A stretch of 32,000 nucleotides of DNA from Candidatus Baldrarchaeum yapensis (GTDB lineage Archaea; Asgardarchaeota; Baldrarchaeia; Baldrarchaeales; Baldrarchaeaceae). Every line of letters starts with the position of its first letter. The stretch's first letter is position 1. Shown piece after piece: positions 8,132 to 17,695 of this stretch. A program made the position numbers and the translations under genes. Location: assembly GCA_016840465.1 (NCBI GenBank), contig JAEOSH010000001.1, positions 1 to 32,000 on the forward strand. Reading direction: 5' to 3'. The notes beneath the pieces were generated by a model, which had not been told where the DNA came from, made no database searches, and saw only the letters and a program-made list of their open reading frames with translations.

Positions 8132-9100
8132 TCAAATTACTTCCTCTAACGCCTCCTTTAACTCCTGCAGGGAATTGTATGAGCGATCAGGAATCTTATT
8201 AAGATATGTACTGACTGTTACATACTCACTTGGTGATTTAAAGAACTTACGCTTTCCGTAGTTATTAAGGAGCTCTCGCTTCGATATTGGAAAGGTCACA
8301 TCGGATAATCTTTCCAGCAATGCATCAACTCCCCATCTTTCGGGTGGCAATTTTTCTCCCTTGAGGAGTGATATGAAGCGCATTGCATCATCGTACATAT
8401 CTATATTGTTGAACAGCACGTAAATCGTATTATAATTGCCAAAAATCTCTTCTATTCTCTCTTTTAGGGAGATCAGATCGTCATTTGTATACTTATAATA
8501 ATACATGCGTTTTCCAAGGCCGTGTAATCTAGTATATGCTAAGCTTCCGGTCCATATAGGCTCATCGACGAGAATATCTGTGCAGTGAATAACATTATAT
8601 TCTCTGAGAATTTTTTCCACTTCAGGGATTACGCTTTCACCTTTCCATGCTTCTCCTCTCATTTCCCAAACCATTGTTATTCTCTTCTCACAAAATGTCG
8701 CGAAGAACTCCTTTGCCCTCTTCAAATTTTCGTCTGTTGGTTGAAAACTTTTAGGTGTTTGGAATAAGAGAATCTGTGCATGCAATGATCTACATATTTC
8801 CAAAATCCTTTCCATGAGTTCTATGGCCTCTTTTTTCAGTTCGAACCCGTAAGTGTGCGTGATATCCTGGTGCGCTTTCACAGCAAATTCGAATGCTGAA
8901 TTCATTGATGTGGCGGATTTCCACCATTTCTCACATGTCGAAGTTCTTGGTAGCTTATAGAAAGTCGAATTTACTTCCACTACCGGATATCTCTTTGCAT
9001 ACGCTTCTAGAACACTAAATTTACCCTTTTCCTCCTTGGGCACTCGAAAATAGGACCACCCACAACAACCAACCTTAATTCTCTTGCTCACAGATCTCAC
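8132..9100 (-). CDS. DUF72 (YecE-like) protein with a C-terminal DUF2795-like module
   Basis: VGCCGW, VEVNSTFY, FAVKA, LFQTP, WEMRG, YTRLHG, Y-x-Y-T, YVLFNN motifs; extra ~65 aa FPISKRELL...IPDRSYNSLQEL. Confidence 0.9.
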   Translation of the reverse strand: MRSVSKRIKVGCCGWSYFRVPKEEKGKFSVLEAYAKRYPVVEVNSTFYKLPRTSTCEKWWKSATSMNSAFEFAVKAHQDITHTYGFELKKEAIELMERILEICRSLHAQILLFQTPKSFQPTDENLKRAKEFFATFCEKRITMVWEMRGEAWKGESVIPEVEKILREYNVIHCTDILVDEPIWTGSLAYTRLHGLGKRMYYYKYTNDDLISLKERIEEIFGNYNTIYVLFNNIDMYDDAMRFISLLKGEKLPPERWGVDALLERLSDVTFPISKRELLNNYGKRKFFKSPSEYVTVSTYLNKIPDRSYNSLQELKEALEEVI

Positions 9101-9163
9101 CCAAGTTAGGTTAGTACTGGTATCAAGCGAAAAAAGTCACTCTAGGGATTAAGTTTTTGTAAT

Positions 9164-9190
9164 ACGATAAAACGATAAAAAAGAGGAAAT
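9164..9190 (-). terminator. Candidate U-rich terminator after the TIP49 gene
   Basis: On the minus strand reads TTTCCTCTTTTTTATCGTTTTATCGT, about 35 nt after the stop; includes an ACGATAAA x2 direct repeat (9164-9179 on +). Confidence 0.4.
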
Positions 9191-9223
9191 TACCAATATA
9201 TCGCAAATCAAGAACCTCTAAAA

Positions 9224-10585
9224 TTATGCCGCCTTTATGAATTTATCCTCGTACATTTTAAGGAATGTTGAGGCCTCACGTATGTCAGCAAAGAGCGTCC
9301 TTACTTTTTCAATGTCTTCCTCGGTAACCTCGTCTCTACCATTTTCCCGTGCATGTATGTATGCTGGCATTATTAGTAGAACTGCAAATCTGAGGCTGCT
9401 TTCTACGCCTATATCTGCGAGCTTTTCAAGTGCAGCCTTGGAAAGTTTGACTCCTTCAGCTTTGGCCCTAATCTTTAAGATCTCTATTACTTCGTCCCTA
9501 GTATATGGGCGCGTTCTTATTATCAAAAGCCTATCTAGGAAATCTAGAGGCATGCCCATCGGAGACTCATAGTCGGTACCTCTTATTCTCGCAAATCCTC
9601 TGTTTGTTGCGAGAATAACTATTGGTGCAAGTTCGCTTTCTAAGGCCCGCGTCAGAAATGAGAATGCTTCAAGATCTAACAAACTTGCTTCATCAATGAA
9701 CAGCACTCCGGGTATTATTTCGGCTCTTCCTTCTTCCACCCATTCCTTAACCATCTTATCGACTTCTTTTCTCACTTCTGGATCTATTTCCTTGTCTTCT
9801 CTCGCTCCAAAGAGTAATGATATAAATGATCCACTGCGTCTGGCGTGCATTTCATCTAGATCGTTAAGAGTTACCGTATAAACGAATTCCTTTTCCTTTA
9901 TTATGGGTCCTGCTGGCACCGGAACGTAATGCTCACCTTCTATCTCAAACGTTCGTTTTGCCGTTTGAGCCCTTCCCAGCCTTGTTACACGTCCCGTCTC
10001 CGCATCAATCATTATAACATCTCCCTCGGTGACTCCCTGATTTATGAGCTGAACTGCGACTACCTGTCCAACTTCAAATGTCTTTGTTTCATCGGTTGTA
10101 GATAGGGTCAGCCTTGCGGATTCTGGAATTCTCTGATAGGGGTTATAAGGATGATTGACCATCCTAACATCCAATTTGTCCACTCTTCCCTCGTATATTT
10201 TCCTTATGTCATGTATCCTTATGCCGATGGCTTTTCTCATTGCGCTCATCAGTATTTCCGTTTTCTTCCTCTCCTCACTATATATCTCGGATCCAGCGAT
10301 CATCACAAAAGGCACATCTTCACCAAGTTCCTTCGCAATCGCCATGGCGATAGCTGTTTTTCCGGTTCCAGGCGGTCCTGCAAGTAATACTGCCCGGCCG
10401 GCCATTTTACCCTCTCTTATCATTCTAACAATTATACCAGCCGCTTCTCTGGCTTCTATTTGCCCGACCATACCATCTGCTATCATTTCCGCTTTAAGAC
10501 CCTTTAGTCCCAAGCCCTTTACGTGAGAATGCGCCCCGACCCTTCGCCATTCTGCTCGTGATGTCACTTCTCTGATCTCCGCCAT
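9224..10585 (-). CDS. TIP49/RuvB-like AAA+ ATPase (RuvBL1/2 homolog)
   Basis: AHSHVKGLGL, Walker A GPPGTGKT, GSEIYS, Walker B FIDE, LATNRG, P-x-DFLDRLLII, SLRFA. Start ATG 10585 (MAEIREV) preferred over 10714. Confidence 0.95.
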   Translation of the reverse strand: MAEIREVTSRAEWRRVGAHSHVKGLGLKGLKAEMIADGMVGQIEAREAAGIIVRMIREGKMAGRAVLLAGPPGTGKTAIAMAIAKELGEDVPFVMIAGSEIYSEERKKTEILMSAMRKAIGIRIHDIRKIYEGRVDKLDVRMVNHPYNPYQRIPESARLTLSTTDETKTFEVGQVVAVQLINQGVTEGDVIMIDAETGRVTRLGRAQTAKRTFEIEGEHYVPVPAGPIIKEKEFVYTVTLNDLDEMHARRSGSFISLLFGAREDKEIDPEVRKEVDKMVKEWVEEGRAEIIPGVLFIDEASLLDLEAFSFLTRALESELAPIVILATNRGFARIRGTDYESPMGMPLDFLDRLLIIRTRPYTRDEVIEILKIRAKAEGVKLSKAALEKLADIGVESSLRFAVLLIMPAYIHARENGRDEVTEEDIEKVRTLFADIREASTFLKMYEDKFIKAA

Positions 10586-10859
10586 CCTCGAATTCCCCCT
10601 TTTCCCGATCTTAGTATCCATTGATCCATTGATGTCCTTTCCATAATAGACCAATTTAAAACTCACGTTATGTGAATAAATATTTACGTTACTTTTTGAC
10701 TCCTTTGACGTCATAGCACCTTCAGATACTTTCTTCTTAATATGTGATCAAAAGGTTTGTCTAAAGCCCTGCAGACGATATGGGCTCACTCTGGGCATTC
10801 TATATTTTTTGAGACTAGAATTTCCGAGATCCGTGTTTTCCTCATAACCAACATTAGCC

Positions 10860-10879
10860 CATGCCAATTATACGGCATG
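10860..10879. promoter_or_regulatory. Inverted repeat CATGCC-N8-GGCATG in the divergent TIP49/SPFH intergenic region
   Basis: Perfect 6-bp arms around an AATTATAC spacer containing a TATA-like TTATA. Confidence 0.3.
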
Positions 10880-10983
10880 TTTGCACCAATATTTTTGATG
10901 ATCCCTTATAGTAAACCGCAAATTAAAAATCAGATACTCATCATGATAGAGTGAGAGAGTAATGATACCATGAGGTATGACTA

Positions 10984-11937
10984 ATGTTGCAGGGGTTAAT
11001 ATTATCGCCAATGCTCTTACTAGTGATAATAATTGTGGCATTCATATTGATATTCATCTTGTCTGGAATACGAGTGCTTGCTGAGTATGAGAGGGCTGTA
11101 ATCTTCAGGCTTGGAAGAGCACTTCCTGGAGTTAAGGGACCCGGAATAATTTACGTGATACCGATAATAGATAAAATGGTAAAGGTGGATTTGCGGGAGC
11201 ATTTCTTTGAAATTCCACGCCAGCGCTGTATAACTAAGGATAATGCGCCCGTGGATGTCGACGTGTTAATTTACTACAAAGTAGTCGATGCAAGAGACTC
11301 TGTCATCAAGGTAAGAAACTTCAGAGATGCCGCTGTCGGTATTGCTCAAACGACTTTAAGAAGTGTGATTGGAGACATAGTCTTAGATGATGTATTGGCG
11401 AAAAGAGAATATATAAACCAAGTTCTCAGAGAAAAATTGGATGAAATAACAGGAAGATGGGGAGTAAAAATAACCCTCGTTGAAATAAGAGAGATAGAGC
11501 CGCCTGCTAAAGTTTCAGAGGCCATGATAAGACAGATGGAGAGTGAAAGGATAAGAAGAGCCATGGTCACAGAGGCGGATGGAAAGCGTGAGTCGGCAAT
11601 TAAGGTGGCGGAAGGAGAAAAACAAGCAGCGATATTAAAAGCTGAAGGTGAAAGACAAGCAGCAATATTAAAGGCAGAAGGCGAAAAAGAAGCAATGATA
11701 TTAAAAGCAGAAGGGTTTGCTATAGCGCTTGAGAAGATATTCAATGTAGCGAAGAACCTCGATGAAAAGACAATGGCACTCCAGTACCTCGAAACGTTAA
11801 AGGCCCTTGGATCAAGTCCATCGACAAAATTCATATTTCCGGTAGAGTTTCTAAGTCTGATAAGTCCATTAAGAGAGTTCCTTCAAAGTGCAACCCCAAC
11901 AGCGGAAAGTACAAGTAAGGGTTCATCAGGCGAATGA
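10984..11937 (+). CDS. SPFH/band-7 (stomatin, QmcA-like) membrane protein
   Basis: N-terminal TM helix; EYERAVIFRLGR, ITKDNAPVDVD, AQTTLRSVIG, WGVKITLVEIREI; hendecad coiled-coil repeats. Confidence 0.95.
   Translation: MLQGLILSPMLLLVIIIVAFILIFILSGIRVLAEYERAVIFRLGRALPGVKGPGIIYVIPIIDKMVKVDLREHFFEIPRQRCITKDNAPVDVDVLIYYKVVDARDSVIKVRNFRDAAVGIAQTTLRSVIGDIVLDDVLAKREYINQVLREKLDEITGRWGVKITLVEIREIEPPAKVSEAMIRQMESERIRRAMVTEADGKRESAIKVAEGEKQAAILKAEGERQAAILKAEGEKEAMILKAEGFAIALEKIFNVAKNLDEKTMALQYLETLKALGSSPSTKFIFPVEFLSLISPLREFLQSATPTAESTSKGSSGE
11575..11715 (+). repeat. In-frame 33-bp (11-aa) tandem repeats, AEGE(K/R)QAAILK
   Basis: Units start at 11575, 11608, 11641 and 11674, with a partial unit at 11707; synonymous divergence between copies. 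Confidence 0.85.
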
Positions 11938-11940
11938 CCA

Positions 11941-12264
11941 CTAGCCGGACTCTTCCAATTTTTTAATTATTTCTTCTAGCTTTTCTTTATCACTTGCGAT
12001 GGTTATATTTTGGAATGATGGAAGAGCGATTGCTATTTCTTCGATCAACAACATAAGTGCACGTTTAGCTGGAAGTTCTCTTGCTTCCAACTCTCCGTCC
12101 GAGAATGTGAAAGAGGCTTCTTTCCATGTTTCCCTTTGTTCATCAACTGGCCACAAAGCATAAACATAGTCGTCTGTCATTAAGATAAGAGATGGTGTTA
12201 CATTCCACGCCTCTCGCACAAACTCTATCATTTTTTTCGCGTTTTCTTTCTTCTTTTCACTCAT
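11941..12264 (-). CDS. Hypothetical protein (107 aa)
   Basis: Clean ATG ORF filling the gap between SPFH and rgy; globular, protein-like composition (AWNVTPSLILMTDDYVYALWP). Confidence 0.75.
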   Translation of the reverse strand: MSEKKKENAKKMIEFVREAWNVTPSLILMTDDYVYALWPVDEQRETWKEASFTFSDGELEARELPAKRALMLLIEEIAIALPSFQNITIASDKEKLEEIIKKLEESG

Positions 12265-12383
12265 ACCAATACTCTCCGTAACGTGATTATTTTCAGGGGA
12301 CGATATTATAGTGGTATGTCATACACCTTTATCCATATTGTTTTAAAGGTAATCAATGTAGGGAAAATGTCGAGGGAAATAAC

Positions 12384-15300
12384 TTGAGGGCATTATTCGA
12401 CAACGGATGCCCTAACTGTAACGGTAGGATTTCGGACGAACGACTTTTACTCGGCGTTCCATGTGAATCGTGCCTACCTGTGGAGATAGAATTCCTAAAG
12501 AAATTGAAGGAGAGCATGGATTCTCTTACTTTTAAGTTAAGAATTGCGGATATGCTGAGGGAACGCGGGGCACTTAAAGATTACGAAAAACTCGTCAATA
12601 TAGAGTTAGAATTAAGGAAATTTGAAAAATTCTTTGAGGCTGGAACTGGAAGCTTGCCGTGGAGCGCGCAACGTGAGTGGGCGAAGAGAGTATTTAAGGG
12701 CTTGAGTTTTGCAATAACAGCCCCGACGGGAGTGGGAAAAACTCTCTTCGGAATTTTGATGGCAGCGTATCTTGCAACGAAGGGGAAGAAGTCGTACATT
12801 ATACTCCCGACCACCGTTCTTGTAAAGCAAGTCTCAGAAAAACTCTCTCAAATTTGCGAAAAAGCAAACGCAGATATCAAAGTCCTTGCGTATCATGGAG
12901 CCTTAGATAGAAGTAGCAGAGAAACTGTCATAGAGGCAATAAGAGAGGGAGCATTTGATATTCTCGTTACAACATCTCAATTCTTAGCTATGAAGTTTGA
13001 TGAACTTCTTTCGAGCCTAAAGTTCGATTTTATCTTCGTAGATGACGTTGATGCCTTGTTAAAGTCTTCAAAGAACATAGATAGGGTTTTAATGCTTTTA
13101 GGTTTCCCACAGGACGTTATAGAGAAGGCATTGACGCTTATAAGGTTAAAGAAAAGACTTAATAGAGTAAAAAACGAGGAACTTGTAAAGTCGATCCGTG
13201 AGGAAATAAATACTCTCTCGTCTCAAATATCATCGGCAAAAGAGCAATTAAAACATGGAGTTTTGATAATTTCAAGCGCTACGGGAAAATCTCGTGGCGA
13301 TAGATCTCTCTTATTCAGAGAACTCCTTGGCTTCACAATGGGAACTGCAGAAGAGGGTTACAGGAACGTACAGGATCTCTATGTGCACAAGGGTGATAAA
13401 GATCTCTACGAATTTGTACTCTCTCTTGTGAAGAGGCTTGGAACTGGAGGATTAATCTTTGTACCTATAGACAGGGGAATAGAAGAGGCGGATGCGCTAG
13501 CGAATTACCTCAAAGAGCATGGCATCAAGGCCGAGGTTGTACATGCCGAGAAGAAAAAACTTGATGTCATAGAGATGTTCTCCAATGGGAAAGTAGACAT
13601 TCTTATTGGTGTTGCCACATATTATGGATTACTCGTTAGGGGGATCGACTTACCTCATCGAATACGCTATGCTATCTTCACTGGTGTGCCAAGATTCAAG
13701 TTTGCTCTCGATGTAACCACGGAAACGCATCCCATGAGAATTTACATAATTCTTAACGAATTGTACGAGTTACTCGACGAAAAGGATCGAGAGATCGCTG
13801 AAAAAATGTTACAGAACTTTAGGCAGTACTTGAATAAATTATCGCCCTCACAAATACAGGCAGCTAAGGAGGTACTAACAGAGAATAAGGAAGTTGATAG
13901 CCCGATAATAAACAATTTTGTTAATCTATGCAGGAATGCAGTGAGTTTTCTAAACAATATTTTGGCGAAAAAGGATATTCTGGAAAAAATAAAAAAGCAT
14001 CCATTCATAGCGTTGCAAGAGGCAGATGGCAGATATTTCATAATGGTTCCTGATGTGAGAACTTATATTCAAGCATCGGGTAGAACCTCAAGATTGTTTG
14101 CTGGAGGAGTAACAAGGGGAATTTCAGTTGTTATAGTAGATGACGAAAAATTATTCAGAGGCCTTGTACGGCAGTTGAGATGGAGATACGAGGAATCCGA
14201 GTGGACAAGCCTTTCAGAAGTCGATCTTGACAAACTACTGAGAGAAGTAGATAAAGATCGTGAACTGGTGATGAAGGTAAGGCGGGGGGAAATTTCAGCA
14301 AAGGTTAAGGATCTGGTCAAATCCGCATTGCTTGTTGTGGAATCTCCAACGAAGGCGTTTACGATTTCAAACTTCTTCGGCAAGCCGTCTAGGAGACGCA
14401 TACACGGAATTCCCGTTTACGAAGTCAACACGGGAGATTTCGCATTAAACGTGGTCGCAAGTGGAGGTCATGTGTTTGACCTTGTAATAGGGGAGGGATT
14501 TCACGGAGTGTTAACAGACGACTCCTTTATCCCCATTTATACGACGATAAAGAGATGTCTCAACTGCGGAGAACAATTTGTTGAAAATTACAATAATCAT
14601 TGTCCCAGGTGCGGATCCAAGAACATCAGGGATAGTTATAGAAACATTGAGGCGCTAAGAGAACTTGCATCGGAGGCAGAGCTTGTACTTATAGGTACTG
14701 ACCCCGATACCGAGGGTGAGAAAATCGGATGGGACATTGCGGTTCTTTTGACTCCTTACGCACGAGAAATTAAGAGGATAGAGTTTCATGAAATAACGAA
14801 AAGAGCTATCAGGGAGGCTTTTAACAATTTGAAAGATATTAACATTCACAGAGTATTAGCACAGATGATCAGACGAATAGAGGATAGATGGATAGGGTTC
14901 GAACTTAGCAGAAAATTGTGGGATGTCGGTCGTCGTAAGTGGTCATTCATACTGAGAAAGTATGGAAAGCCTGCTCATAGCTTATCGGCAGGACGCGTCC
15001 AGACGCCCGTTCTTGGATGGATAATAGAGAGATTTAAGGAGTTCAAGCGAAGTGTAAAGGACATTTACTATGTGAAGCTGTCCAACGGTGTAACAGTAGA
15101 GTTGACTGACATAAAGGGAGATCCTGAAGAGGTAATTTCACGCCTAAAAGAGTGCGATCTTAGGATAAAAGTTTTAGATGAGAAAATCGAAACTGTCAAT
15201 CCTTTACCACCATACTCGACTGATGAAATGCTCAGGGATGCCTCGAAGTTCTTGCGGTTCGGCGCAAGTGAAACCATGGAACTCGCACAGACGCTTTTTG

Positions 15301-16091
15301 AATCCGGTCTCATAACATATCATAGAACTGATAGTCACAGAGTTAGCGATGTTGGTATAAGGGTCGCACGAGAGTTCCTAATTAACGAGGTTGGAGAGGA
15401 GTTCTTCCAGCCACGCAAATGGGGCGAAGAAAAGGAAGGGGCTCATGAGTGCATCCGGCCTACACGCCCTATAGATGCAACGACTTTGCGCAGATTGATA
15501 GAAGAAGGAGTATTAAGGCTTGCAGAGGCTTTGACATGGAAGCATTACAAACTTTATGACCTCATATTCAGGAGATTCATGGCAAGTCAGATGAGGCCTG
15601 CTAAGGTAAAGACTCGAAAAATAATGTTAGAATTCGGCGAGTTCGCAAGTAAAGAGATATTGGGTCCTGCCGAAATCGTTGAGCATGGATTTGATATCAT
15701 GTATGAGATAAGACTCATACCAACGTTCAATGAAGAAGTACGCGTTGAGGAGGTCACTCATAGGAGGGCCCCGACAATCACCTTGTACACGCAGGGAGAT
15801 ATTGTTAAACTTATGAGAGAGCGAGGAATAGGACGGCCCTCTACCTACGCGACTATCATACAAACATTGCTGGAAAGAGGTTACGTTAGGGAAAGTAACG
15901 GTTTTCTAGTACCGACGGCTTTAGGATTCGCAGTATACCGGTATCTCAGCAAAAATTACAAGTCATTCATTTCGGAGGAAAGAACAAGAACTCTTGAAAG
16001 ATACATGAAGGAGGTCGAAGAGGGAACAAAGGATTATCTTGGTGTAATTAAGGAATTATACCGAGAAATCGAAGAATTTATCCACGAATAA
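12384..16091 (+). CDS. rgy: Reverse gyrase
   Basis: N-terminal Zn finger CPNC..C..C; helicase APTGVGKT, DDVD, QASGRTSR; TOPRIM VESPTKA and DPDTEGE; second Zn finger CLNC..CPRC; catalytic Tyr in LITYHRTD; GIGRPSTYA. Confidence 0.98.
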   Translation: MRALFDNGCPNCNGRISDERLLLGVPCESCLPVEIEFLKKLKESMDSLTFKLRIADMLRERGALKDYEKLVNIELELRKFEKFFEAGTGSLPWSAQREWAKRVFKGLSFAITAPTGVGKTLFGILMAAYLATKGKKSYIILPTTVLVKQVSEKLSQICEKANADIKVLAYHGALDRSSRETVIEAIREGAFDILVTTSQFLAMKFDELLSSLKFDFIFVDDVDALLKSSKNIDRVLMLLGFPQDVIEKALTLIRLKKRLNRVKNEELVKSIREEINTLSSQISSAKEQLKHGVLIISSATGKSRGDRSLLFRELLGFTMGTAEEGYRNVQDLYVHKGDKDLYEFVLSLVKRLGTGGLIFVPIDRGIEEADALANYLKEHGIKAEVVHAEKKKLDVIEMFSNGKVDILIGVATYYGLLVRGIDLPHRIRYAIFTGVPRFKFALDVTTETHPMRIYIILNELYELLDEKDREIAEKMLQNFRQYLNKLSPSQIQAAKEVLTENKEVDSPIINNFVNLCRNAVSFLNNILAKKDILEKIKKHPFIALQEADGRYFIMVPDVRTYIQASGRTSRLFAGGVTRGISVVIVDDEKLFRGLVRQLRWRYEESEWTSLSEVDLDKLLREVDKDRELVMKVRRGEISAKVKDLVKSALLVVESPTKAFTISNFFGKPSRRRIHGIPVYEVNTGDFALNVVASGGHVFDLVIGEGFHGVLTDDSFIPIYTTIKRCLNCGEQFVENYNNHCPRCGSKNIRDSYRNIEALRELASEAELVLIGTDPDTEGEKIGWDIAVLLTPYAREIKRIEFHEITKRAIREAFNNLKDINIHRVLAQMIRRIEDRWIGFELSRKLWDVGRRKWSFILRKYGKPAHSLSAGRVQTPVLGWIIERFKEFKRSVKDIYYVKLSNGVTVELTDIKGDPEEVISRLKECDLRIKVLDEKIETVNPLPPYSTDEMLRDASKFLRFGASETMELAQTLFESGLITYHRTDSHRVSDVGIRVAREFLINEVGEEFFQPRKWGEEKEGAHECIRPTRPIDATTLRRLIEEGVLRLAEALTWKHYKLYDLIFRRFMASQMRPAKVKTRKIMLEFGEFASKEILGPAEIVEHGFDIMYEIRLIPTFNEEVRVEEVTHRRAPTITLYTQGDIVKLMRERGIGRPSTYATIIQTLLERGYVRESNGFLVPTALGFAVYRYLSKNYKSFISEERTRTLERYMKEVEEGTKDYLGVIKELYREIEEFIHE

Positions 16092-16105
16092 ATATTTGTA
16101 ACCAT

Positions 16106-16687
16106 TTACAACCTCATCCAAGAGAAGACATAATATATCGGTTTTTTATTCAAGGTTACTGTTGCGATGACAAATTTTTTCCTAACGGTCGTTGCCAACC
16201 TACCCGCGCGCACGATTTCTATAGGGGAAATCCTTACATTGAAGGGTAATACATGAACAAGAAACGGGGCATGATCTATACCGGGTCCATGTTCGTATAC
16301 TGCGAAGTCGGCTCCAAATTTCATTCCGGGTCTGACAACATATCCCTTATCTCTAAGATCTCTATAAACGATATACTTCTCCTCAAGTTTTTCGTGTATA
16401 TCTTTAAATTTGTTTTTTAGTTCCTCAAATGATAACTCTTTTCCGTTTTCATCAATTATCTTTATTCTTCCCTTTTCGAGCAGATATAGGGCCTCGAGAA
16501 TTGAAAGTTCCAAAGGTTTTTCGAAAATTGGAGTCTTAGGCTTCCTTATCCCTATCGGCTTCCCATAAAACCCCTCTGCATATAATTTCGATCCCTTTTG
16601 TGGATCCCATACTATTATTCTTTCACCTACAACTTCAGCCACTATTTTTTCGTAATTACTTAACCTTTCTTTGCTCTCATTACTCAT
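16106..16687 (-). CDS. endA: tRNA-splicing endonuclease, catalytic subunit
   Basis: GFYGKPIGIRKPK loop; LELSILEALYL; VYRDLRDKGYVVRPGMKFGADFAVYEHGPGIDHAP; RLATTVRKK. Tyr-His-Lys triad present. Confidence 0.95.
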   Translation of the reverse strand: MSNESKERLSNYEKIVAEVVGERIIVWDPQKGSKLYAEGFYGKPIGIRKPKTPIFEKPLELSILEALYLLEKGRIKIIDENGKELSFEELKNKFKDIHEKLEEKYIVYRDLRDKGYVVRPGMKFGADFAVYEHGPGIDHAPFLVHVLPFNVRISPIEIVRAGRLATTVRKKFVIATVTLNKKPIYYVFSWMRL

Positions 16688-16703
16688 AACGCATACCCGG
16701 ATA

Positions 16704-17339
16704 TTAACCTCTTCTCGCTATCGCTATTATTCTGATAGCATCGGCGACGTGTTCAGAAATATCAGCAATTTCCTCAAGATGACGGAGGAAGTCTAGAAAC
16801 CTTAGAAGGGTTTTGGAGTCTATGTTTAATGTATATGCGAGGTTTCCAAGATTTCTATGTATCGTGTCAATAGACTTTTCTATTATGTCCACCTGCTCCG
16901 CGACCTTTATTGCCTTTTCCACATCAAATGGGAGTGCAAAAATTGCCTTTCTTAGAGTCTCAACTATTTCAACTATTTTATCGGATAATTCTTTTATTTG
17001 CGTCTTAACGTCATCATGAGGGTCCCAGTCTCTCAATGTAAGCAGACGAAAGGCTGTTGCATCAACATAGTCCGCAATCTCGTCAACCAGTAATGTCAAT
17101 CTCAGCATGTCCTCACGCTGCAGCATTGCAGTTGCTTTCGATACTTCATCTATAAGTGCCCTTTTTATGGAGTCCGCCTCTTCCTCTAATGAAGAAATTT
17201 TTCGAGAGTATTCCTCGAGCTTTTGCGTTTTACCACTAAGCCACTCATCTATCATCGCCGAGAGTTCCTTTACTGCCGATGTCACCTTCCTCATGTGATC
17301 TTGATATATGTCTAGTACCTTACGTTCCTCGTTACTCAT
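16704..17339 (-). CDS. DUF47 / PhoU-like phosphate transport regulator family protein (TIGR00153-like)
   Basis: LEEEADSIKR, REDMLRL...DEIADY and IEKSIDTIHR...LEEIADISEHVADAI helical repeats. ATG 17339 (MSNEER) preferred. Confidence 0.9.
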   Translation of the reverse strand: MSNEERKVLDIYQDHMRKVTSAVKELSAMIDEWLSGKTQKLEEYSRKISSLEEEADSIKRALIDEVSKATAMLQREDMLRLTLLVDEIADYVDATAFRLLTLRDWDPHDDVKTQIKELSDKIVEIVETLRKAIFALPFDVEKAIKVAEQVDIIEKSIDTIHRNLGNLAYTLNIDSKTLLRFLDFLRHLEEIADISEHVADAIRIIAIARRG

Positions 17340-17655
17340 AGTGTTCGGATAAAAGTAGCCACACATTTTTTGTCCCTCTAATGGTGCACGTGAAATTGTT
17401 CACTTGCCTTACCTTAAAAACTCAACCATAGGTAGCACTTCCGGCTTTCAACGATACTGTATCGATACCATGATCATGGGCGTTTTTAATCTGTGATTCT
17501 TTACATGACGCTTTCAGTGCCAGTAGACAGATGTATTTGCGTATTTGTCCTATTAACAGATTATCGATGACCAGGTGTGATATTTATCAAGGGAACACAA
17601 TACCTTTTTCACGTCTCAAAAAATATAAAGGAAATTTATCTTTCCTTGCGTAGAC

Positions 17656-17688
17656 ATATATAATTAGAGAAAGCACGCAATTCGGAGG
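17656..17688 (+). promoter_or_regulatory. TATA box and Shine-Dalgarno of the nitroreductase operon
   Basis: ATATATAA at 17656-17663 and GGAGG at 17684-17688, ahead of ATG 17696. Confidence 0.55.
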
Positions 17689-17695
17689 CGCCAAT

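Noticed and set aside
9224-10585. TIP49 Walker B reads DEAS instead of the eukaryotic DEVH
   Set aside because: The catalytic Asp-Glu is intact and this position varies among archaeal homologs; no evidence of inactivation.
10586-10714. 43-aa N-terminal extension of TIP49 in the ORF track
   Set aside because: Family similarity begins at MAEIREV (10585); the extension looks like read-through of an AT-rich intergenic region.
10929-10944. AUGAUGA-GUAU-CUGA on the minus strand (box C plus box D)
   Set aside because: Only one box pair with a 4-nt spacer and no flanking stem; not a C/D sRNA, and a weak K-turn candidate.
10757-10954. 65-aa ORF in the TIP49/SPFH spacer
   Set aside because: Non-ATG start, no recognisable motif and atypical composition.
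11575-11715. 33-bp repeats as a possible CRISPR or VNTR
   Set aside because: In frame, without spacers, synonymously diverged; the normal hendecad coiled coil of QmcA-like SPFH proteins.
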